UHGV virus genome: UHGV-1322810 | Source: a virus | Reading direction: 5' to 3' (one strand) | Length of the DNA stretch: 40,112 nt | In this document: piece after piece, positions 28,256 to 35,628 of the stretch | Layout: each line of letters begins with the position of its first letter | Numbering within the stretch: the stretch's first letter is position 1 | Position numbers and translations under genes: made by a program | Notes under the pieces: model-generated | The model's database searches: none | What the model saw: only the letters and a program-made list of their open reading frames with translations | What the model was told of the DNA's origin: nothing

Positions 28256-28410
28256 GATTTACCCTCCACCTGCTGCAATAACCCGGCAATGTGCATCTGC
28301 CAGCGGTTCATGGTGATTTTCTCGCGAGGTTTATCGACTGATGAGAGTTGCCACTCGTTGTCGTTGAGTTTTGATGCGTGGTACTGCTTGCCGTTGTGGG
28401 TGACTGTCAT
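28252..28410 (-). CDS. 52-aa micro-ORF (MTVTHNGKQYHASKLNDNEWQLS...).
   Basis: GGGAGG RBS; ATGA-coupled on both sides. Confidence 0.3.
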   Translation of the reverse strand: MTVTHNGKQYHASKLNDNEWQLSSVDKPREKITMNRWQMHIAGLLQQVEGKS

Positions 28411-28637
28411 GATGCCTCCCGGGCGTGGAGCATTGCGTCGGCAATGGAATAAGCATCTCCGGCTAATTCTTTGTACTGCGGTGAATTAGGGCCGCCACCA
28501 AATGAATGCCCATCCCATCTGCGCACAATTGCTGCCATAGCCTTAGCTGCGAAGTAGTCACGAAGCGTCATGCCAGGTGATGACCATATCTTTTCATAAT
28601 TGCTTTCTTCAGTTGGGAATGCTGTTTCTTGCTGCAT
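28407..28637 (-). CDS. Hypothetical protein (76 aa).
   Basis: ORF; coupled. Confidence 0.4.
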   Translation of the reverse strand: MQQETAFPTEESNYEKIWSSPGMTLRDYFAAKAMAAIVRRWDGHSFGGGPNSPQYKELAGDAYSIADAMLHAREAS

Positions 28638-28639
28638 GA

Positions 28640-28825
28640 TTAATCCTTTTTCCTGATAGATTTAATGATTTTTATCGCTGACATAATTCGAGATCTTGCA
28701 ATTTTGTTACTGCGTGAAGGCCAGTAGATTGCTATGGCTTTCTTCATGGAATTGATTGCTGCCGCGTTATTATGGAAGTGATGGGAAAGGACTAATTCGT
28801 TGTCGTACTCGGCAAGCAATTTCAT
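28640..28825 (-). CDS. Hypothetical basic protein (start at MKLLAEYDNELV...).
   Basis: GGAG 7 nt upstream of the internal ATG. The track ORF 28640..28960 would start on TTG directly at the terminator. Confidence 0.35.
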   Translation of the reverse strand: MKLLAEYDNELVLSHHFHNNAAAINSMKKAIAIYWPSRSNKIARSRIMSAIKIIKSIRKKD

Positions 28826-28961
28826 AATCATCTCCGCGCTTAAGCCGCGCCGCTGAGCTAAAGACCTCTGCATGCAAATTCGTAATGCAGAATGTTGGTA
28901 AGCGGTGGATAGCCGCCGTGATAACAGAGCACCCTCGTGAAGGCGCTGTGGTATCAGCAAT

Positions 28962-28990
28962 AAAAAACCCGCCGGAGCGGGTCTATTTCT
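28962..28990 (-). terminator. Strong intrinsic terminator in the early-left operon (tL1-like).
   Basis: Minus-strand RNA CCCGCUCCGGCGGG followed by UUUUUUAUU. Confidence 0.75.
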
Positions 28991-29189
28991 GATGAGAAAG
29001 AGAGTTCATAACGGACTTCGCTTCATTCCATTTTTCAACAGCAGCTTCATGCTGCTTAATTAATGAAGCCACTGAATCGCATAGGCCATTTTTAATCCAG
29101 TGACGATGCATGTTGCAGAGGCGATCATTAAGTCTTACAACCTCGTCCTGCGCAGCAACCACAATTCTTCGTGCTTCTTGGTATGTCAT
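28983..29189 (-). CDS. Hypothetical protein (68 aa).
   Basis: ORF. Confidence 0.4.
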   Translation of the reverse strand: MTYQEARRIVVAAQDEVVRLNDRLCNMHRHWIKNGLCDSVASLIKQHEAAVEKWNEAKSVMNSLSHQK

Positions 29190-29344
29190 TGCCTCACCTC
29201 ATAAGTTAATTAACGCGCCGTAACCTGCTGAACTTGAATTAGTGCCGGGATGTTTATCCACGCCCGGCGCGTGGTTTCCTCCACTTTCCACAGTCAAAGG
29301 AATGCCGTAGACTGGTGTTTCCACAGTCAAAACAAGGAAATACT

Positions 29345-29527
29345 ATGTCTAGTAACAATGTAGATGTAACGCTGTACCCGGTTGACGCCGCCTATCAGGT
29401 CGCTCTTGAGCTTGTTAAGGCAGGCGCATTCAACAACACAAGTGATCGTGGCGCAGCATTCATCAATACTTTTGATAAGCTGAAAGAAAGGTTTGAGAAA
29501 GTTCAGGAAGAAGCTAGCAAGAAGTAA
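29345..29527 (+). CDS. Hypothetical 60-aa protein encoded opposite to the early-left operon.
   Basis: AAGGAAA RBS 7 nt before the ATG; two 14-bp direct repeats immediately upstream; helical soluble-looking product. Preferred over the antisense ORF 29327..29548. Confidence 0.4.
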   Translation: MSSNNVDVTLYPVDAAYQVALELVKAGAFNNTSDRGAAFINTFDKLKERFEKVQEEASKK

Positions 29528-29813
29528 GTTTTGCAAAGCCAGTGACAATGTTGCTGGCTAACATCTCAAATTGTTTTTTCTGTATCGCGCATCCAGCCTC
29601 ATCTGCTGGGCATTCAATGTCGCTAAGTGCCGTTACATAAGCATGAATAGCTGCAGACCTGACGTCTTCTGGAAGGTGATCAAATGCATTACATCTTGCC
29701 TTTGCCAAATCCATAACACTCGCTTGCCTAAGATCTTCAATTTTTCCATCAAGCACTGAAATCAACTCTTTGGTTGATGCCTCTAATGAAGCTTCTAATT
29801 TGCTTAAATCCAT
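29514..29813 (-). CDS. Acidic hypothetical protein, first gene downstream of N.
   Basis: 99 aa. Confidence 0.45.
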   Translation of the reverse strand: MDLSKLEASLEASTKELISVLDGKIEDLRQASVMDLAKARCNAFDHLPEDVRSAAIHAYVTALSDIECPADEAGCAIQKKQFEMLASNIVTGFAKLTSC

Positions 29814-29815
29814 AT

Positions 29816-30064
29816 TTACCTCGCTGTAATTTGTTTAGTGTCCCGATAGCCAGCGGCGTATATCGCCACATCCGGCAAACATGCAGATCCGCCTGTATTG
29901 CTGTCACGCAGACTACCGAGCGAAGTGGCGCGGTATACTCGTGACATATCATGCTTAACTCCCTGTAATGCGCTCTGAGCAGCCTCAGCTCGTCGTTTAG
30001 CCATCAGCTCACCACGTTTCAGATAACGCCGTGTAACGCTGTTGCTTGCGATAAATTTGGTCAT
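29816..30064 (-). CDS. 24: N-like transcription antiterminator (P22 gp24-like).
   Basis: N-terminal Arg-rich motif (TRRYLKRGELMAKRRAEAAQ). C-terminus ..LPDVAIYAAGYRDTKQITAR vs P22 gp24 ..LPGVALYAAGHRKSKQITAR. Confidence 0.8.
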   Translation of the reverse strand: MTKFIASNSVTRRYLKRGELMAKRRAEAAQSALQGVKHDMSRVYRATSLGSLRDSNTGGSACLPDVAIYAAGYRDTKQITAR

Positions 30065-30168
30065 ATGTCCTCCAGTGGTTGCTTTAGGGTGTGACGCTCA
30101 GGTGCTTATCTTCTGAGTTGCTGTCGATGCAGCTGCATTTCGTCACACTCCAAAGCAACTTCCTTTGG

Positions 30169-30214
30169 CCTCCCACAAGGGCGGGAGAAGTAACCCCATC
30201 AATGTTAAAGAGCT
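30169..30214 (-). promoter_or_regulatory. nutL (boxA AGCTCTTTAA plus boxB hairpin).
   Basis: Minus-strand cagCTCTTTAAcattg...tctcccGCCCTTGTgggagg, sharing CTCTTTAACATTG and the CTCC(C)GCCCTTGTGG(G)AG hairpin with nutR. Confidence 0.6.
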
Positions 30215-30252
30215 GAGACTCAATTCCTTGTCTCGGTGGTGCGTCCTGCTGA

Positions 30253-30347
30253 TGGGATAAGAATACGGTAGGTATTTTATTATGTAAATACCCTGGGTAT
30301 TTATTTTTGATGGAAAAACGATAAGTGTATGAATATTTGCGGTATTT
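30253..30347 (-). promoter_or_regulatory. OL operators and PL promoter.
   Basis: Perfect palindrome AAATACCctgGGTATTT (30286-30302) plus two degenerate copies (30261-77, 30331-47). PL -35 TTTACA / 17 bp / -10 TATTCT on the minus strand overlaps them. Confidence 0.6.
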
Positions 30348-30445
30348 ATTTTTGGTGGTTTGTTGTTATGGAATATAAATCGTACTTTATGAGGTGGTGG
30401 ATGGTAGTTTCTAGCCCGGCGCTCCCGGGCTATTGTGTGAGGTGA

Positions 30446-30811
30446 TTAATCAGCAAAGGTTAAAATGAATATCCCTTTCAGTATGTCTGCAATAACCGAA
30501 ATTGCCATCGCCACACCGAAGATCCCCCACGCAAAGGAGATATCGCTTCCTCCTGAATATGTATACCCATACTCTGTCACTGGAACGAAAGTAGCGCCCT
30601 TGTAAAGCATATAGTAGCTGAATAGGTTTAGACCTAAAACGATGATCATCTGGACAGACATGATCACAAGAATGATGAATCTTGCAGGCCTATGCTTCCA
30701 TGCTTGCGATATTTTTTCCGATAATGATGCTGTCAAAGCCTTGTAGATCACGCCGTACAATATTGAAATACAAAGCATTCCAACAAAGCTTCCTATAGCG
30801 TAGCCAACCAT
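30446..30811 (-). CDS. Multi-pass membrane protein co-transcribed downstream of cI (RexB/Sie-like position; candidate exclusion protein).
   Basis: 121 aa with 3-4 hydrophobic helices and an AAGGAA RBS. Sits 20 nt after the cI stop; a hairpin follows at 30412-30433. Confidence 0.6.
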   Translation of the reverse strand: MVGYAIGSFVGMLCISILYGVIYKALTASLSEKISQAWKHRPARFIILVIMSVQMIIVLGLNLFSYYMLYKGATFVPVTEYGYTYSGGSDISFAWGIFGVAMAISVIADILKGIFILTFAD

Positions 30812-30830
30812 ATAAATTCCTTATCGATGA

Positions 30831-31547
30831 TTAAACAAGCTTTAATTTTGTCTCGATGGCTACACCTATGATTTTGCAGTTACCATTTACCGGAACGAGA
30901 GGCCATGCAGGATTCAATCCTTTCAGATACCTCTGTCCACCATCGATTATTAGTTTCTTGAATGTAGCTTCGTTGGAGTCGGAAAGCTTAGCTATTACCA
31001 AGCTTCCATTAACCGGCTCTCTTCCTGTATCAAAAAGTACAAATGTTCCCTCGGGCACGCTCAATCCAACAGGAGCTGTCATTGAGTCACCCTCCACCTT
31101 AAGCCAGAACGCTTCTCCTTGAATATGCGCATCGGATTCAAGCCAGATGTCTATATCTTTTAATGTGTATGGCTCACAAGCCTCACTCCACGATCCAGCT
31201 TGCACGCTACTCAAAACAGGGTATCTCTTGCCAGGATTGTATTCACCAACATATTTAACATTGGTCTCTCCGTTTAAGCTTTCAGCTTGCTCAGCCACCT
31301 TCGCTGCAATCGAGCGGCTGAAGTCAGAAATTGAAATCTGAAGCAATTTGGCAAACCCAGACGCCACTTCGACATTTAGTGCATTTCTTCCGTTTAGGTA
31401 GTGTCCAACAGCACCCTGAGTAATACCTAACTCATCAGCTATCGTATACTGAGTAACGCCTAACTCTTTCTTTTTCGACTCATACAAAGCCTTCAGACGT
31501 CTCGCATCCTCTAGCTGTTCTGTCGTCAGGGATTTTTTTGTCTCCAT
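30831..31547 (-). CDS. cI: CI repressor (lambda cI-like, HTH plus S24 LexA-like autocleavage domain).
   Basis: [33 protein letters not shown] vs lambda cI [34 protein letters not shown]. Start at 31547 (leaderless, as in lambda); the track ORF extends spuriously to 31694. Confidence 0.9.
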   Translation of the reverse strand: [238 protein letters not shown]

Positions 31548-31554
31548 AACCGGC

Positions 31555-31626
31555 ATTGTAATACCAGTGCTATTCATATTAAAAATACCTGCCATATTGA
31601 TTGTTATAAATACCTGTAGTATTCTT
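31555..31626. promoter_or_regulatory. OR1-OR3 operators with divergent PRM and PR.
   Basis: Three AAATACC-n3-(G)GTATT(T)-like 17-mers at 31559-75, 31583-99 and 31608-24. PR -35 TTGATT / 17 / -10 TATTCT. PRM -10 TACAAT ends 7 nt before the cI ATG. Confidence 0.6.
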
Positions 31627-31655
31627 ATTTCCAAGGTAACAAACGGAGAGTGCCC

Positions 31656-31850
31656 ATGAATCGAATGACACTTGCCGATTACGCAAAGATTCACGGTCAG
31701 GCAAAGGCCGCAAATGACTTTGGCGTAATTCAGTGTGCGATCAGCAAAGCCATCCGTGCGGGACGTAACATCATCGTTACGGTCAACGCGGACGGTAGCG
31801 TTATCGGAGAGGAAGTAAGACCTTTCCCAAGCAACAAAAAATCAGACTAA
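31656..31850 (+). CDS. cro: Cro (lambda Cro-like).
   Basis: [59 protein letters not shown] vs lambda Cro [65 protein letters not shown] RBS. Confidence 0.9.
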   Translation: MNRMTLADYAKIHGQAKAANDFGVIQCAISKAIRAGRNIIVTVNADGSVIGEEVRPFPSNKKSD

Positions 31851-31860
31851 TTACCACCGC

Positions 31861-31904
31861 TCTTTAACATTGCTGCTCATCCTCTCCGCCCTTGTGGAGA
31901 TAAC
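31861..31904 (+). promoter_or_regulatory. nutR (boxA CGCTCTTTAA plus boxB hairpin).
   Basis: CGCTCTTTAAcattg...CTCCGCCCTTGTGGAG, followed by the CGCATCacagGATGCG hairpin (tR1-like) at 31913-31928. Confidence 0.6.
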
Positions 31905-31958
31905 AACTACGCATCACAGGATGCGCATTAACTATTTCAACACCTAGGAATTTAACAA

Positions 31959-32258
31959 ATGGAAAACTCAATTAACCGCAACAAGGTCAATGCCCGTCGC
32001 ATTGAATCCTGGTTGCTTAACCGTATCGCCATGAAAGGTGGAAACAACGTAGCTAAAGAGATCGGCGTCGATAAGGCACAGATAACCCGCTGGAAAGAAA
32101 CGTGGCTGCCGAAGATGGCAATGCTGCTGGCAGTTCTGGAATGGGGTGTCGTTGATGACGATATGGCGCGGTTGGCAAGAGAAGTAGCTGCGGTGCTCAC
32201 AAAGAAAAATCGCCCGGGTGCAACCGAGCGATCTGACCAAATCACGATGGATTTTTAA
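31959..32258 (+). CDS. cII: CII transcriptional activator.
   Basis: RIESWLLNRIAMKGGNNVAKEIGVDKAQITRWKETWLPKMAMLLAVLEWGVVDDDMARLAR matches lambda CII almost residue for residue. Confidence 0.9.
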   Translation: MENSINRNKVNARRIESWLLNRIAMKGGNNVAKEIGVDKAQITRWKETWLPKMAMLLAVLEWGVVDDDMARLAREVAAVLTKKNRPGATERSDQITMDF

Positions 32259-32279
32259 CAACTATTTGCGGAGTTAATT

Positions 32280-32924
32280 ATGGCAAATAACGAGCCTGAA
32301 TTCCAGGTTCTTTCAGAAATGAAAGTTCCTGATGAGTATCAAGAGAGCGGTTTTATTTATATCCTGGCAAACGAGAGTATGCCCGGAATCTACAAGATGG
32401 GGATGACCACAAACCCCCCTGAGCAGAGGGCTAAAGAGATATCTGCTTCTACAGGTGTACCAACACCATTCACTGTAGTTGCTGCCTTTCATTCTAAAAA
32501 CCCAGCCAAAGACGAAAAGATGGTTCATGAGGCATGGGCAAAGGAAAGAATCAGTCTTAACCGTGAATTCTTTAAATTCTCTGATGATGAGCTTGAAGAC
32601 ACCATCAGCGAATTGAGCAGTGTTGTAGGCCCAGAAAGAAATGGCGATGTATGTGAACTGGCGATTTATGACGCCTTTATTTCGTTCTTTAGAGAGCCAG
32701 AAATCGAACTGACAGAGGAGTTAATCGACGTCGGCTTAGGTGGAATAAAGGGGCATATTCCTGCGGTGAAAAATTTCCTTTTGCAGGCTGGAATAACGTA
32801 TTCCAAGCGCCTAATTAGCCAATACAACTGCTCAATCGTTATCAACCCAGATGGTTCAGTGGTCCTCGTTAAATCAGTAGATGCAGAACAATACGATCCG
32901 AGGTTCCCATATGAACACAGCTGA
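32280..32924 (+). CDS. T5orf172/MUG113 (GIY-YIG-like) domain protein with an unknown C-terminal domain; inserted between cII and O.
   Basis: GFIYILANESMPGIYKMGMTT ... NREFF motifs typical of T5orf172. 214 aa; GGAG RBS. Confidence 0.6.
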   Translation: MANNEPEFQVLSEMKVPDEYQESGFIYILANESMPGIYKMGMTTNPPEQRAKEISASTGVPTPFTVVAAFHSKNPAKDEKMVHEAWAKERISLNREFFKFSDDELEDTISELSSVVGPERNGDVCELAIYDAFISFFREPEIELTEELIDVGLGGIKGHIPAVKNFLLQAGITYSKRLISQYNCSIVINPDGSVVLVKSVDAEQYDPRFPYEHS

Positions 32925-33912
32925 AATCCTCAATTTTCCCGGCATAGCTACGGGCCAACTAAAGAGCAACAGGATGGAAAACCAGAAGACTGGATACATC
33001 CCCTTGTACCGGAGTATCAGGAAGAAAGCATGGGCTAAAGACGTGTTCCTGCGCACCCTGTGGGAAAACCTTTTAATGGAAGCCCAAAGAAAGCCATACA
33101 TCGCTAATTTCAAAGGGAAAGCATGGCAACTTCAACCCGGTCAACTGGTGACTACAGCGGCCGATTTAGGCCTTCAATTGTGTGATAGAAAAGGGAAGCC
33201 AACAAGCCGGGACGCAGTAGAGCGGATGCTGTCTGTTTTTGTGCGAGAGGGAATGATTTCCATCGATGGAGAGAAGCAAAAAGGGCGTGTGATAACCATC
33301 ACAAATTACAGTGAATACGCTCAAAAAATAGACGATTTACCCGCACATGAAGCCGCACATTCATCCGCACATGGTGAAGCCAGTAATGGCGCGGCTTTGA
33401 AGGTTGTACCCGCACATGAAGCCGCACATTCATCCGCACAACATGAACAAGAAGGTAATAACAATAATAAAAATAATAAAACCTCTACGTCCGAGAATTC
33501 TGACGAATCCTCTGACGGTCACGGAAAGAAACTCCCTGTCTTGAAACCTGATGCTGCAATTCAAAGCGGTGCCAAGTGGGGAACCTCGGAAGACCTTCGC
33601 TGTGCAGAATGGCTCTTCGCTGTCGTGCAGAGCATCTCTTCGTCTGCCAAAAAGCCGAACTATGCCGGATGGGCCAATGACATTCGCCTGATGCGAGAGC
33701 GTGACCAGAGAACTCACAAGGAGATCGCCACGCTGTTCAAGTGGGCGTGCGAGGACAAATTCTGGAAGGGAAATGTTCTTTGCCCTTCAACGCTGCGTGA
33801 AAAGTGGACGCAACTGGATATCAAGCGCGGTAAGCAATCGTCAGGACAATCCACTGAAAAGCCAAGAATCGACCTGAACAACACTGACTGGATCTACGGG
33901 GTGCAGCTATGA
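32911..33912 (+). CDS. O: Replication initiator O-like protein containing the origin iterons.
   Basis: Position between cII and P. Internal tandem repeats (PAHEAAHSSAH x2) encoded by the iteron DNA. Start at ATG 32911 with GAGG upstream. Confidence 0.7.
   Translation: MNTAEILNFPGIATGQLKSNRMENQKTGYIPLYRSIRKKAWAKDVFLRTLWENLLMEAQRKPYIANFKGKAWQLQPGQLVTTAADLGLQLCDRKGKPTSRDAVERMLSVFVREGMISIDGEKQKGRVITITNYSEYAQKIDDLPAHEAAHSSAHGEASNGAALKVVPAHEAAHSSAQHEQEGNNNNKNNKTSTSENSDESSDGHGKKLPVLKPDAAIQSGAKWGTSEDLRCAEWLFAVVQSISSSAKKPNYAGWANDIRLMRERDQRTHKEIATLFKWACEDKFWKGNVLCPSTLREKWTQLDIKRGKQSSGQSTEKPRIDLNNTDWIYGVQL
33340..33490 (+). repeat. ori: two 32-bp direct repeats, each carrying three CCGCACAT iterons, followed by an AT-rich stretch.
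   Basis: ACCCGCACATGAAGCCGCACATTCATCCGCACA at 33340 and again at 33406, then gtaataacaataataaaaataataaaa. Confidence 0.7.
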
Positions 33913-34637
33913 AAAGTCTTTCCGAGCAGATGCAAAATTTTGACCGCGAGCAGATGCGCCGCGTAGCTCACAACCTTCCTGAGCAGTACGAAGACAAGTC
34001 TCAGGTGGAGCAAGTGGCACATGTTATCAACGGTGTTTTCACTCAGCTACTCGCAGCGTTTCCTGCCAGCCTCGCCAATCGTGACCAGCACGAGATGAAC
34101 GAGATACGTCGCCAATGGGTGATGGCGTTCCGGGAGAATGGAATTACCACGATGGATCAAGTTAACTCCGGCATGCGTGTTGCCCGTCGTCAGGAACGTC
34201 CGTTTCTGCCGTCGCCAGGTCAATTCGTTGCCTGGTGCAAAGCTGAAGAGGCTGCTGCTGTCGGCCTTCCTGATGCTAACGAACTGGTAGACCTGATTTA
34301 CCAATATTGCCGAGGTCGTGGACTGTACCCGGATGCAGAATCATACCCATGGCCCGGGATGATTGGCGGTAAACACACAACTCAATCGTCGGCAAGTTAC
34401 TGGATGGTGACGACTCTGTACGCGAACATGCGAGCAAATTCATTGAGCGATTCAGAATTGCGGCGCAAGGCTGCCGATGAGCTTGCTCACATGGCGATGA
34501 AAATTAACCGTGGAGAGGCTATTCCCGAGCCTGTTAAACAACTACCTGTACTCGGTGGCAAGCCACTCAGCCAGGCGCAGGGGCTGGCTAAAATCGCAGA
34601 GATTCGCGCCAAGTTTGGATTGGGAGGGAAGCACTGA
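33909..34637 (+). CDS. P: Replication protein P (DnaB helicase loader).
   Basis: QMQNFDREQMRRVAHNLPEQYEDKSQVEQVAHVINGVFTQLLAAFPASLANRDQ... closely matches lambda P. Confidence 0.92.
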   Translation: MKSLSEQMQNFDREQMRRVAHNLPEQYEDKSQVEQVAHVINGVFTQLLAAFPASLANRDQHEMNEIRRQWVMAFRENGITTMDQVNSGMRVARRQERPFLPSPGQFVAWCKAEEAAAVGLPDANELVDLIYQYCRGRGLYPDAESYPWPGMIGGKHTTQSSASYWMVTTLYANMRANSLSDSELRRKAADELAHMAMKINRGEAIPEPVKQLPVLGGKPLSQAQGLAKIAEIRAKFGLGGKH

Positions 34638-35044
34638 TGGACAGCTTAAAGCAACGCATTCTCGACTACGTATCAGCCAACCAGCCCGCCAAGGTTGATC
34701 TGATTTACAAGGAGCTTGGTATCTGCCGTAACCGGTATTACGAAGAGTCAAAGCAACTCAGGTTCATGGGCAAGTTGCGCAGCGTACCGGGTATTGGCGT
34801 ATTCACCGGCGAAGATGCCTATCAGCACTGGCTGAAGAGTGGTGGCTACGAAGAAATCAGACGACGCGCTGTCGATGCAAACCTGAGTAGCCAGGAAGCG
34901 AAGGGGATGAAAAAGCCGCGTAACAGCGACGACCCGAAGATGTTCGCACCATACGACCCGGCAAAGAATAGAGTCGTGGCTGAGTTCATGCAGAGCGATG
35001 CGAGAAAGAGACTGATGATGGTTTACGGGAGGTTAGGAGCATGA
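34637..35044 (+). CDS. Ren-like protein.
   Basis: Position after P; C-terminus ARKRLMMVYGRLGA vs lambda Ren ..AMKRVLAVYGVKR. Confidence 0.45.
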   Translation: MDSLKQRILDYVSANQPAKVDLIYKELGICRNRYYEESKQLRFMGKLRSVPGIGVFTGEDAYQHWLKSGGYEEIRRRAVDANLSSQEAKGMKKPRNSDDPKMFAPYDPAKNRVVAEFMQSDARKRLMMVYGRLGA

Positions 35045-35340
35045 AAGAGACACGCAACACCAGAGAAATTATCGAATCTGAGTACCCGGAATTCCCTGAA
35101 ACCATCCTCCACGCCGAACCATGCCGCGCATGTGCTCGCGTAGACGGTCGTAGCATCAAGCAGTCGCTCAAGGCCTTTGCTCTGGCACGCATCGAAAAGG
35201 TAGAGAGCAAGCCACTTAAAGGCGCACTGGAGCAGATGGCATCCAGCATGTTTCCAGAGACAGAGATAGCCCGCATAAGAGCATGTGTAGGTCGCATGGA
35301 GTCGGCACTGGTTAAGACATTCGGAGTGAAGCGAGCATGA
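35041..35340 (+). CDS. Hypothetical nin-region protein.
   Basis: ORF, coupled. Confidence 0.45.
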   Translation: MKETRNTREIIESEYPEFPETILHAEPCRACARVDGRSIKQSLKAFALARIEKVESKPLKGALEQMASSMFPETEIARIRACVGRMESALVKTFGVKRA

Positions 35341-35555
35341 CCTGCATTCGAATACCTAACGGAATTATCTGCACGTATCCAACTTACCGTTTGCGCCTTG
35401 AAGACGGAACCTGCGTTTTCATGTCATGGCATGACTACTGCGGGCCAGAGTTTTATCGAGACAAAAACGAACGTCGCTGGATTGATGAATGGTGGGAAAA
35501 CCCACTCATTGTAAAGGCGCTCGATTGGTTTACCGGCAGAGGAAATCGCGCATGA
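35337..35555 (+). CDS. Hypothetical nin-region protein.
   Basis: ORF, coupled. Confidence 0.4.
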   Translation: MTCIRIPNGIICTYPTYRLRLEDGTCVFMSWHDYCGPEFYRDKNERRWIDEWWENPLIVKALDWFTGRGNRA

Positions 35556-35628
35556 CTGAAGCCTACATAGCAGAGCTATCTGCAAGCGTGGCCGTGATAG
35601 TCGGTCTTTTTTATGGCTGGAGGAAATT

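Noticed and set aside
29327-29548. Minus-strand 73-aa ORF antisense to the + ORF at 29345..29527.
   Set aside because: Cys-rich, low-complexity hydrophobic product with no RBS. The + strand ORF has a clean RBS and a normal composition. Only one of the two can be real.
30831-31694. 287-aa version of the repressor ORF extending through OR.
   Set aside because: The N-terminal 49 codons cover the operators and the cro promoter and have no homology. Lambda cI homology begins at METKK (31547), with a TACAAT -10 placed for a leaderless start.
32881-33912. O gene start at 32881 (MQNNTIRGSH...).
   Set aside because: It would overlap the T5orf172 gene by 44 nt. ATG 32911 has a GAGG RBS and gives MNTAEILNFPG.
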